DNA of 32,465 nucleotides from Pseudogymnoascus verrucosus (Eukaryota), in the NCBI GenBank assembly GCA_001662655.1, contig KV460296.1. One strand, given 5' to 3'. How positions within the stretch are numbered: position 1 is the first letter of the stretch; the number at the start of each line of letters is the position of its first letter. Positions 23,175-32,465 of the stretch are shown here, piece after piece. A program made the translations under genes and the position numbers. Below the pieces are notes generated by a model that saw only the letters and a list, made by a program, of their open reading frames with translations, was not told where the DNA came from and ran no database searches.

Positions 23175-23944
23175 CTAGACAACTAGTGTGACCTTTCCAG
23201 TAGTTATATCATAGACAAAGCCGTGTGTTCGTTCGGCAAGTTCTTTTCTAAGAAGAGGCGAGTTGTGTACGAGCGCAACATCATCTCGAATGCTTTGTTC
23301 AAGACTAAATGGTTGAGAAACCAATTAGTATATCGATCTNNNNNNNNNNNNNNNNNNNNNNNNNNNNNNNNNNNNNNNNNNNNNNNNNNNNNNNNNNNNN
23401 NNNNNNNNNNNNNNNNNNNNNNNNNNNNNNNNNNNNNNNNNNNNNNNNNNNNNNNNNNNNNNNNNNNNNNNNNNNNNNNNNNNNNAGTAAACTGTAAAAC
23501 GTGGTCGAGAAACACCAGATTCAGCATCTGGGGGGCCATACGTCCGGCACAGCTACGAACAACAACAGCATCTTATAAAATGTCAGCCTACATAAAGTTC
23601 AACGGAAGATTTAAATATCAAAGGAACCATTACCCCATTTCTCTAATCCTAGGATTTCGAAAGGGTCAAGTCGATTGTCGCAGCATGAGACTAGTTTTCG
23701 CAGCAGTTAGAGAGACAATATGAAGAGAGCAACTGAGCTTTTCTCACCGATAAATATTTTCGGCATTGGCACCTGTTGCTTGAGCGGTTGCTGGCTTATC
23801 TCGCTCAAGGATGGAATAGGTCGATGGCTCTGTGCTTTTTCACTATAGCAAAAGTTACTTGGAGTCTCTTCTCTGGGCTATTCTCTTTCATTGTACATAC
23901 CTATTTCGCCGTAGAAGCTCTTCCACAGTCGGGTTCCCACTCAT
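23175..23944 (-). CDS. Beta-class carbonic anhydrase, clade-D-like (COS/CS2-hydrolase family); not represented in the ORF track
   Basis: Exons 23944-23901, 23842-23748, 23690-23634, 23571-(gap 23485-23340), 23304-23175; visible introns are GT-AG, 57-62 nt. Product MSGNPTVEELLRRNSEKAQSHRPIP..KIFIVSCCDNRLDPFEILGLEKWDAVVVRSCAGRMAPQMLNLVFLDHVLQFT[gap]LEQSIRDDVALVHNSPLLRKELAERTHGFVYDITTGKVTLVV*. CxDxR zinc motif and GFVYDxxTGK terminus are visible; HxxC is expected inside the gap. Confidence 0.88.
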
Positions 23945-24748
23945 AATGAAAAGTCTCTTGAACACTATTAGCAGTGCAGGGTTTGATATATTATCACCTT
24001 TTTTTTGAAGTATTGAAGTAAGAATTTGATATTACACAAATATAAGCTCAACTGCGCCAAAAGAAGATGAACAAGTTAAATACTAGGCTTTTGGTTATCT
24101 GCCTATGCAAAGTCTCACATTACAAATCTACAGAAATCACTTACCTGTCTTTGAGGACTGAAGGCAATACTACAGAAACTAGCAGGGATGAGTCCAATGC
24201 AGGTGCTCGTTGCGAGCGACGCGAGACTAGCAGGGATTAGTCGAATGCAGATGGCTTACAGAAGGGAGAAGCCACTGTCGGAACCCCCCTGGATCTTACG
24301 CATCGAGTCCAAACAAAGTTCTTTACAAGTAATAACCCATGTCTACAGTAGGTTCCCACTCGCATCCAACGAGCATACCGTAACGACCGTAACGAGGGAA
24401 GCGACGCTAGCACAGTTGGGCTTAATAATTCAAGGACCAGCTCAACTGTGGGTATTATGGCTGACCATCATCTTGACGCGATACAAATTATATAAAGGCC
24501 TACAGAACGCCAACTTAATTTCCTGAATTGTATACAAGACATAAACAAGACACGACTTTGAAGCCAGAAAGCGAAATCAAATATTTACAATAGCGCACTC
24601 AAGGCAAGTCTTACAAATGCCGTCCCCATTTCTTGGAGTCGAACTCTGGTGTCTAACATATGATATTATTTAGGAGCTCGATTAAACACCCATCTTTTTC
24701 TAAAAACATCTCCAGTGCAGAACCTAAACCTATTACCTTTCGTACAAG

Positions 24749-25541
24749 ATGTCAAAGCAATCAATTCTGATTGTCTTGTCCTCAAGCCCGCAAGGATGGT
24801 ACTTGGTATGACAACTTCTCTCATTGGGTGTCCATTCTTCTGACACAAGGCCACAGCCAGAATTTGCACACCCATACGAAGTCCTATCACCACATTTCGA
24901 CCTCGTTGTAGCATCACCGAAAGGAGGAGCAACAGTCCTGGATCCTGTATCCGTCGAACTATTCAAAGGTGACGCATATTGCGTAGAGTTCGCTGAAACA
25001 AAGCAAAAGTTGTGGCTAGAGACACAAAGATTAGAAAATTTTCTGGGTCGAGCAAAAGAATTCGTTTGCATATTCTACGTAGGAGGTTTCGGACGTAAGA
25101 CCTTGACTCCTATCTTTTGCCGAAGTCTAAATAGACCATGCTAACTTGTAGTTAGCCATGTTTGACCTTGTCGACGATGCCACCTCGATCCAGCTCATTC
25201 GAGAGTTCCACGAGGCATCGTGTACCGTGGTGGCTCTTTGTCATGGCGCCGCTGCTCTGCTAAATGTCAGACTCGCAGACGGTTCGCATTATATCGAAGG
25301 AGAGAAAGTGACAGGATTTAGTAACGAGGAGGAGATAGCTGTTGACAGGCAAAAGGACATGCCGTTTCACCTTGAAGATGCTCTCAACAATGCCAGTGGC
25401 GGAAACTATGAGAGGTCCAAGGAGGCATGGGCTCCACATGTGACTGTCAGCTCTACGAAGAAGTTATTATGGGGACAGAACCCAGCGAGCGCCCAACCTC
25501 TCGCAGTTGAATTGCTAAAGGCGCTAAAGGCGGAGAGGTAA
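24749..25541 (+). CDS. DJ-1/PfpI (ThiJ, Hsp31-like) family protein
   Basis: Exons 24749-24805, 24857-25094, 25156-25541. Product MSKQSILIVLSSSPQGWYL-PEFAHPY..ASPKGG..LDP.S..FYVGGFG-PMFDL..ALCHG (Cys nucleophile)..VTGFSNEEE..MPFHLED..GQNPASA. Confidence 0.92.
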
Positions 25542-25819
25542 AATGTGAAAACGAAGATATATAGATTTCAATAACTTATATAGAGTATCATTTTTATCCA
25601 CACGTACGGCAATTTACCGCGTGGCTTGTCATCTCAATCCAAAGCTGCAATCTTATTGTCGTGTTCTGTTCTGGCCTCGAACTGCGCCAGACCCCATCGA
25701 CAACCCCCGCCACAATGCGCCTCATAACGTAGGGAAAGTAACGGGGGGAAGTAATAGGAGTTGTGAAAGCGGATGCTGTTCATGAGATCTCATGAGGACC
25801 TTGCCATTTTAACTTCAAC

Positions 25820-27477
25820 TCAACCTAGGCATTCGATGTGAGAAACTTCCTCCATCACTAGAAACCCATCCTGAACATCCTTTGGCAAATATCCGTGCCA
25901 ACCCTTGTCGACTTCGCTACGCCAAGAGTGAAATAATGCAAGTGCCTGTGGCCTATCCGATAGTAGTCCGTTCTCAGAGATGCCTGCTTCATACACGTCA
26001 AGCTCTAGGGATTCCATTTTGCCAAGTATGTTCTGCTTCCAAGTNNNNNNNNNNNNNNNNNNNNNNNNNNNNNNNNNNNNNNNNNNNNNNNNNNNNNNNN
26101 NNNNNNNNNNNNNNNNNNNNNNNNNNNNNNNNNNNNTATTGCGTTGCTCTACAGTATGGAGTCGTATCTTGGCTTCAAGTTGAAACATTATTTCAAGCGT
26201 GTTAGCGGAAGTGAAGCCATTTGAAAGACCTTCCGGGCCAATCAAACGAAGTGTGGAAACTATCCATTGCTGCCAAGCCTGCGAAAAGCATCGACGTGCA
26301 ATTTGATAGATGTATACCGAGATTCCCATACTAATAGCATCACAAGGTTTGTCTCGCTTCTCACTTTGGTCGTTGCGACTTTCCACCAGACCTGCAGTAA
26401 TACAAAGACTTTGATAAACAAGGTTCATGGATTCCAATTCGCGTGGTGCGGGATCCACGTCTGTTGTGGCAATCATTGCTAGAGAACATCCCACGAATGT
26501 GTTGTACATCAACATGTTGAGTGCCATCTCGTTAGTTGAAAATCGACAAGCTATAGGTGGCAACGGACGCATATNNNNNNNNNNNNNNNNNNNNNNNNNN
26601 NNNNNNNNNNNNNNNNNNNNNNNNNNNNNNNNNNNNNNNNNNNNNNNNNNNNNNNNNNNNNNNNNNNNNNNNNNNNNNNNNNNNNNNNNNNNNNNNNNNN
26701 NNNNNNNNNNNNNNNNNNAGAAAGCCTCTTCCCAAAATCCGCCTCTCGGATGGTTAGTTTTGAGAAGCGTGAGAATGATGAGGATGCATAAGGCACCAAC
26801 TTCTGAGCAAGGATGTCCAACTCTAGCATGGCGTCACAGAGTGGTACCATATTACGAGGATTACTGATAGACAAAATGTCTTCAGACTCTGGTAGAAACT
26901 GTATAGCTGCCCAGAGATGCTGAAGTGCACCTTTAGGGTTCTCTTGGAAGCACTATGAACGAAATTTAGTGGAGCTTTTGGATGGGGAAAGGTATATTCC
27001 CACCTCAAAGTACGTAAGCAATATAAGGACAATAAGAAGGACAGGCATATCTGGCTTCGTTTCTTGCCTTAGGTAATTGGATAGTANNNNNNNNNNNNNN
27101 NNNNNNNNNNNNNNNNNNNNNNNNNNNNNNNNNNNNNNNNNNNNNNNNNNNNNNNNNNNNNNNNNNNNNNNNNNNNNNNNNNNNNNNNNNNNNNNNNNAA
27201 GCCGAACTGCAGTTGCCGTTACAAAGTGGTGATAAAGCGGCAACTGTTCCTGTCGCCAATGAGGGTGCTTCCATGATAGCTCACAGGACAGGTCTTGCTC
27301 TTCGCGGAGAGGCCGGTTTTGGGAAGGAGAGCCGGCTTGTGGCGCTCTTCGAAGAGGTCTATAACCCTCGCAGACGAAATTCCCGGTGGAACAACGATTA
27401 CAAAATGGTTTTGCTTCGTCGCACTTTACGCGTCGCTTAAGACAAGTCAAGCAGCCGGTACGTACACGTCTGTCCAT
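25820..27477 (-). CDS. Zn(II)2Cys6 transcription factor (second regulator), interrupted by three N-gaps
   Basis: MDRRVRTGCLTCLKRRVKCDEAKPFCNRCSTGNFVCEGY from ATG 27477. Intron 27003-26953 joins LLTYFE-CFQENPKGALQHL; the C-terminal frame ends at 25820. Confidence 0.85.
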
Positions 27478-28077
27478 GACTTTCAAACCTTGGCTTGCAT
27501 ATGCAGGTGTGAAATTCGGTAAGTGAAGACTGTTTGACTTCGAAGCGGGGTGTAGGGGATGTAAAAGCTCTATATAAAGGCGGCGATGAATCGTCACACT
27601 TTCCAATTTTAGCTGCTCCACCTAGGTCAGCATGAACAACAGGGCCGTGAATTCTGCCCGCTCTTACCACACGCGGTAAGCACTAGTATACTCCTTTCAG
27701 AGTGGAGCTTCTAGTTGTGAATACTTCAATTATGCGAATATACACGAAGGTTGAAAGTGTATTTACATCATAAATTCTAAGTCGCACATCAATTTCCTTA
27801 TCTTTGCTTCCCCCCACTCCCTCCCCGCCCAGTGCCTATAGAGTAGATAGAAAAAGATGGAAATTTAAACTAAAATTGGAACGCTAATTTATACAGGACC
27901 TAACTATACACAGGTCATTCGCTTTTGACTATTATGTAGGTCATGAATATACAATCGTTGCGCCCCTAACCCCATTCCTCCAACCCCTATACCATAGGTC
28001 CTAGGCTGGGCAGTCATGCCCCCCAAAAATGCAATGCGACCACAACGAGACTCCTCTATCTATCCCTTTCTGCTTCT

Positions 28078-29153
28078 TCACCTCTTGCTCCCCTTCTTCT
28101 TCTGCGCCTCCCCAATCTCCTGCACCGACAAATCCAACTCCGACACATCCTCAAAATTCGCATTCGGCGGATCGCGATCAAGCAGATACGCAAAACGCGT
28201 CACATTGTTCATGACGTACATCGGGACATCGACGTTGCGCTCCACGCGGTCGTAGGTCTGCCAGTAGCGATCGAACAGATCAAGTCCATTGCGGACGCGG
28301 CGCAGGATTCCCGCCTTAGCGCGGTACTTCTCCTGATTGTACTCTGCGTGCGAGAAGGAGGCAAGTTTGTTGAGGAGAGTGGAGATGTGCGAGAAGCACG
28401 ACGAGCAGTGCCACGCCGCGTTCCAGAGATCAGCGGACTCGCCGATACGCGTCAGCGGGTTGCCGCCACGGCCGGAGCGCAGGTTTGAGGGTGACAGCGT
28501 GGTCTCGCCGGTGTAGAAAGTTGCTNNNNNNNNNNNNNNNNNNNNNNNNNNNNNNNNNNNNNNNNNNNNNNNNNNNNNNNNNNNNNNNNNNNNNNNNNNN
28601 NNNNNNNNNNNNNNNNNNNGAGGAAGGGGATGACTTGGTCGAACATGGCGTTGCGCTGCAGGTCTTCGTGGTCCCAGGCCACGGTGGAGTTGAGGTCCGA
28701 TTCGAGGACGTGGTGGATGATTTGAGAGTGGAAGGGAGCGAAGCGATCCCAGTTTTCTTGGAGGTGGAGGGGCTTGTCGAGGCCGGTGAAGGTCTTGGGG
28801 GACTCGACGACGACGAAGTAGTCGACTTGCTTGCTGAGAGTGTTGAGGCGGATCTCGAGCCAGTTTAGCTCATCGTTGATAAGGAAGAGGTCGTAGATCT
28901 TGCGCTTGCCGCCTTTGGGGGTGTGTGGCTCCCAGTGGTAAGGCGCGCATAACTCGGCGGGCGTGGCTTCGGCGACGTAGGAGGTCGCTTTGTTGTCGAC
29001 GGGACCGAGTTCAGATTGCCAGGTTGAATGGCTCGCGGGGATTTGATGGCGGCGGGGGGTAAGCGGGCTGTAGAAAACGGCGATGGTGACGAGCACGAGG
29101 GCTGCGAGGGCGATGAAGCGTGTCAGCCGTCGTGTCGGCATTATGGAAATCAT
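28078..29153 (-). CDS. Glycosyltransferase family 17 (beta-1,4-N-acetylglucosaminyltransferase-like), type II membrane protein
   Basis: N-terminal TM anchor; RKIYDLFLINDELNWLEIRL..VDYFVVVES.KTFTG..KPL, EDLQRNAM. After the N-gap the frame continues LWNAAWHCSSCF..KLASFSH..GLDLFDR..YLLDRD..NANF to TGA at 28078. Confidence 0.9.
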
Positions 29154-29433
29154 AATGTCGTAGGGGGCAGCATGAGATGTTGCCTTGTAGATGTATAAAC
29201 CGTGGTTGAGCCTTTCACGAGAGAAGGGATATGTCGTGTGAGGTCGTGAGGCTCAACGGTCGTTGATCTTTATAGGAGAGTATTCCGAAGGAATGGTCAA
29301 CGTCAAGGCTGAAGATTAAATTACCGCTTACGGTATTTGATCCCCGCTGTAGCCTTGCGGACCCTTAGGGGTGGGAGCCTAATGCCATATTAGGATAAGC
29401 GCGGATTCGGGACGGAAGTGGCCCATTCAATTT

Positions 29434-29472
29434 ACGCGACTTCCCTTGGAAGAATCGCGTCCCTTCACGCGT
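29434..29472. promoter_or_regulatory. Three MCB-like (ACGCGT/ACGCGA) cell-cycle boxes upstream of CAF-1 subunit A
   Basis: ACGCGA 29434-29439, TCGCGT 29455-29460, ACGCGT 29467-29472; fits MBF-type G1/S control of a replication-coupled histone chaperone. Confidence 0.55.
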
Positions 29473-29636
29473 GTCCGCCCCCAAAAGACGACATTCAGAG
29501 ACAACGGTGGCCGAAACAATTGTTAACATCACAACGCCTATCACTACACTTTATGATATCCCGAATCAAACCATATATGCTGGGCTTTGCTTGAGTAACT
29601 GTTTGTTTCTTCCCGAGTTTGGCTAGGGCTGGCACA

Positions 29637-31748
29637 ATGGACACCTCGATGGGCGGCACCTCAATGTCCCCGCGATCATTGAAACGGCAACATGAAGATA
29701 GTCCTACCAATGTAACATCAGCGCCTCTCAAGATGTCACCCGAACAACACCTCCCACCTTCTGTAGCACATCACCTTATCCGAGAGTCGAGTCCAGCGAG
29801 GAGCGACACCGAGTCAGTAATCTCGGAAGCCCCGTCACGAACCCCGAGCCTTGGACCGAATTCACCCCTTCTCAAGCCGGCGAACGCCTTTTCCATGATG
29901 AGCAGCGGGGGCCAACCGCCGAAGAAGAAGCCGAAGCTTACGTTCGCGGAGCAAGAACACAAGAAGATTCTCAAGGAGATCAGGGACCGCGAGAAGGCGG
30001 ACGAGCGTGCGAGGAAGGAGGCAGAGAAGCGGGATAAGGAGCATGATAAGGCGAGGAGGGATGCGGAAAAGGAGGCTGAACGACAAAAGAGAGAGGCTGA
30101 GAAAGAAGAGAAAAGGCTTGTTAAGGAGGCAGAGAAGCTGGTGAAGGACGCGGAGCGGGCGGAGAAGGAGAAGGAGAGGAAGGCCAAGGAGGAGGAGAAG
30201 AGGAAAAAGGAAGAGGAGAAGCAAAGGCTGGAAGAGGAGAAGAAAAAGAAGGAGAGGAGCCAGAAGAAGCTCAATTCTTTTTTCACATTACAACCCGCCA
30301 AGAAGCCAGAGAAGGACGTGAGCCCAGAGCCCGGGAACGCGGCAGGTCCGGCACCAGACGATAAATCACCAAATAAGCGCAGCGAGATTTCGGATTACGA
30401 CAAGGCGTTCCCGGCGTTCTTTGTACAAAACAGTGTCACTCTAGCTCCTATACTACGGTTTGAGCGGGACGAGTTTGCCACACAGACATTAGAAAACGAG
30501 CTAGACGCCTGTCTCAGCGGATCAAAAGCCTCAGAACGCCCGCCGAAACTCGATGCCACCAAAGCCTTCAACATACCCCACAACTGCTTCACCCGCCGCG
30601 GCAGGCGCTGCGTGCCCGTCAAGCAAATCATGTCGCACCTCCTCGGCGGCTCCTCACGACCCATCGACCTCACAACCGACTCCCAAAACGCACAAATCAA
30701 GAACACCCGAACCTCCCTCCGGGCCATCCCCTACAAGATCCTCAAATTCGCCGAGGACGTGCGGCCGCCGTACATCGGGACGTATACCAAGCAGCCCGTG
30801 TCGGGCGCAGCAAGGCTGGCTAGGAATCCGATTAAGCGCGACCTTCCGGGAGTGGATTATGATTATGATTCTGAGGCGGAGTGGGAGGAGCCGGGGGAGG
30901 ATGAGGAGGATCTTGGGTCGGAAGGAGAGGATGACGATGATGCGGATGGAGAGGAGGATCTGGATGGTTTCCTGGATGACGCTGATGACGAGATCGCCAA
31001 TGCAAGGAAACTCGTCATGCTCGGTGATTTAGAACCGAAGAGCACTGGGCTCTGCTGGGAGGATGAGCAAGGCCGGTATCCGAATATCGAGATGCGAGGG
31101 TTTGCGTTGGAGGTTATTCATGGTAAGCCCCCTTTTCCTCGAATCCATTTTTTTATCCCCTGGGATCCAATGAGTAAAGTAGATCTAACACACCCCGCAG
31201 AAAATATCAAAGTCCAAACCCCCATCGACCCCTTCGCAACACACTACTGGGCACCCCCCGCCCCACCACCCTCCATGCAACCCCCCCGCCTCCCCCTAAA
31301 CCCCATGAAAGGGACAAGCGCGCACGTCAACGGCCCCTCCGCCAAGACGGTCAAGATGTTCGGCCTCATCGCGCCTAGCACCAGCAAATCCTCTTCCGCG
31401 ACCTCCTCGTCTGGCGGCAAGTCCGGAGGAGCAGGGACGAAGAAACTAGTCGCCCCTGACGAGATGGCGGCGTTTAAACTGGCGGTGCAGGGGAGCGAGT
31501 TGAGTAAGCTGGGCTTGATTGAGGTGCTGAATAAACAGTTCCCGAAGAGCTCGAAGGGGTGTATTAAGAATACGCTTGAGGTATTTGGAGAAGAGGTGGG
31601 TGTGGAGGGAGGAAGGGGGGGTGAGTTGAGAGGTGTTGAAGGGTTTGGGAATATGTTTTATGTAAAAATTAGCGGTGTAAAGGGGTTAAGCATGCGCGCC
31701 GAGAGAGGTGTTTTTTTAGGGGGAAGAAGGGAGAAGGAAGGGATATGA
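29637..31748 (+). CDS. RLF2: Chromatin assembly factor 1 subunit A (p150/Cac1); 3' end uncertain (true stop possibly 31629)
   Basis: Long K/E/R coiled coil, PIP-like QKKLNSFF, LKFAEDVRPPYIGTY, DYDYDSEAEWEE plus acidic tract, PIDPF..YW, C-terminal winged-helix-like segment. 78-nt in-frame intron 31123-31200 (gtaagc..ctaac..cag). Confidence 0.92.
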   Translation: MDTSMGGTSMSPRSLKRQHEDSPTNVTSAPLKMSPEQHLPPSVAHHLIRESSPARSDTESVISEAPSRTPSLGPNSPLLKPANAFSMMSSGGQPPKKKPKLTFAEQEHKKILKEIRDREKADERARKEAEKRDKEHDKARRDAEKEAERQKREAEKEEKRLVKEAEKLVKDAERAEKEKERKAKEEEKRKKEEEKQRLEEEKKKKERSQKKLNSFFTLQPAKKPEKDVSPEPGNAAGPAPDDKSPNKRSEISDYDKAFPAFFVQNSVTLAPILRFERDEFATQTLENELDACLSGSKASERPPKLDATKAFNIPHNCFTRRGRRCVPVKQIMSHLLGGSSRPIDLTTDSQNAQIKNTRTSLRAIPYKILKFAEDVRPPYIGTYTKQPVSGAARLARNPIKRDLPGVDYDYDSEAEWEEPGEDEEDLGSEGEDDDDADGEEDLDGFLDDADDEIANARKLVMLGDLEPKSTGLCWEDEQGRYPNIEMRGFALEVIHGKPPFPRIHFFIPWDPMSKVDLTHPAENIKVQTPIDPFATHYWAPPAPPPSMQPPRLPLNPMKGTSAHVNGPSAKTVKMFGLIAPSTSKSSSATSSSGGKSGGAGTKKLVAPDEMAAFKLAVQGSELSKLGLIEVLNKQFPKSSKGCIKNTLEVFGEEVGVEGGRGGELRGVEGFGNMFYVKISGVKGLSMRAERGVFLGGRREKEGI

Positions 31749-31942
31749 TTACGTGGGCGAGATTCCCGATATTGGGAGGAGAAAGGCGAAAGTGAAGGGA
31801 TATATATATGCTGAGCTAGATTCTCGCTATTGGGAGAAGGAGATAAGGGCAAAGGGAAAGAGAGGGAAACGGAACTGTGAAAACCACAGTGTTCCAGAGC
31901 TACAATGGCTATCACACACGCTTCACACCCCTGATATTGCTC

Positions 31943-31956
31943 CACACACACACACA
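31943..31956. repeat. (CA)7 microsatellite
   Basis: cacacacacacaca between the convergent CAC1 and NOP16 3' ends. Confidence 0.7.
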
Positions 31957-31998
31957 CCTCGCTTCTTGCTTTGCTTCAAAGTCACATTAGATATATAC

Positions 31999-32465
31999 CT
32001 ACGCCGAACCACTTTTAGACTCCAACCACTTCCCAATCCTCCTCCTAATATCCGGCTCATTCTGCTGCATGGGGTTTAACCTCCTATCCTTAACCATGCT
32101 CTTATAATCCTCCCCCCACTTCTCGCTCAGTCGCTGACACCACTCTTGCTCCCTCGTACTCTGCTTCCTCGGTTTCTTCTCCGCGACGCGCAGGGCTTGC
32201 TCTTCGAGCTGTCTCACAACCTCGTTCTTCTCCTCCTGCTCGTCTTCAAATCCCTCGAATCCCTCCATTGCATCATCATCACCCTCGTCGCCGGACTCGA
32301 GCTCGTTAAGAGGGTCGTTGAGGGGATTGGCTTTCTTGGTGTGCGAATGAATGACCTTGATGATCTTGCCATCTGCGTCGCGCTCGACGCGCGCGGTTTG
32401 CGGCGCGATGGTGGTGGGGAGGGCGGAGGTGATGGAGAGGGTGGCCGCGGTGGAGGTGGAGGGGA
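31999..32465 (-). CDS. NOP16: Nucleolar protein 16 (60S biogenesis), 5' end outside the window
   Basis: ARVERDADGKIIKVI..NPLNDPLNEL..VVRQLEEQA..QSTREQEWCQRLSEKWGEDYKSMVKDRRLNPMQQ..DIRRRIGKW. Confidence 0.9.
   Translation of the reverse strand, partial: PSTSTAATLSITSALPTTIAPQTARVERDADGKIIKVIHSHTKKANPLNDPLNELESGDEGDDDAMEGFEGFEDEQEEKNEVVRQLEEQALRVAEKKPRKQSTREQEWCQRLSEKWGEDYKSMVKDRRLNPMQQNEPDIRRRIGKWLESKSGSA

Noticed and set aside
24188..24526. 112-aa ORF in the beta-CA/DJ-1 intergenic region
   Set aside because: No recognisable motifs, and it overlaps the TATA-containing DJ-1 promoter.
17784..25541. GH3 acting as a myrosinase that feeds isothiocyanates to the DJ-1/beta-CA module
   Set aside because: The GH3 promoter carries the module-1 motif and is separated from module 2 by a compositional break; there is no sequence support beyond proximity.
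4350..27800. Starship or other transposon as carrier of the island
   Set aside because: No tyrosine recombinase, transposase, LTR/TIR or target-site duplication could be identified.
29771..30301. Long antisense ORFs rich in S/F/L
   Set aside because: Shadow of the K/E/R coiled coil of CAC1.

Overview
Filamentous-ascomycete (Pezizomycotina) genomic window with short GT-AG introns and several N-gaps. Conserved, GC-rich housekeeping genes sit at both ends: SPO11 and ERG7 (lanosterol synthase) on the left; a GT17 glycosyltransferase, CAF-1 subunit A (CAC1/RLF2) and NOP16 on the right. Between them is a ~23 kb, visibly more AT-rich accessory block. It starts with an MCT-like MFS transporter and then holds two gene modules. 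Module 1 is an intracellular glycoside/oligosaccharide utilisation cluster: bacterial-type GH35 beta-galactosidase, LacZ/LAC4-like GH2 beta-galactosidase, lactose/cellodextrin-type sugar porter, Zn2Cys6 regulator and GH3 beta-glucosidase. Its promoters share CCGCGG cores, with a full CCGCGG(A/G)G(A/T)AAT motif in three of the four intergenic regions. Module 2 is a putative detoxification module: Zn-dependent alcohol dehydrogenase, a 5-exon clade-D-like beta-carbonic anhydrase/COS-hydrolase gene missed by the ORF track, a divergently transcribed DJ-1/PfpI protein, and a second Zn2Cys6 regulator. All family calls come from motif recognition by eye; no database search was run.
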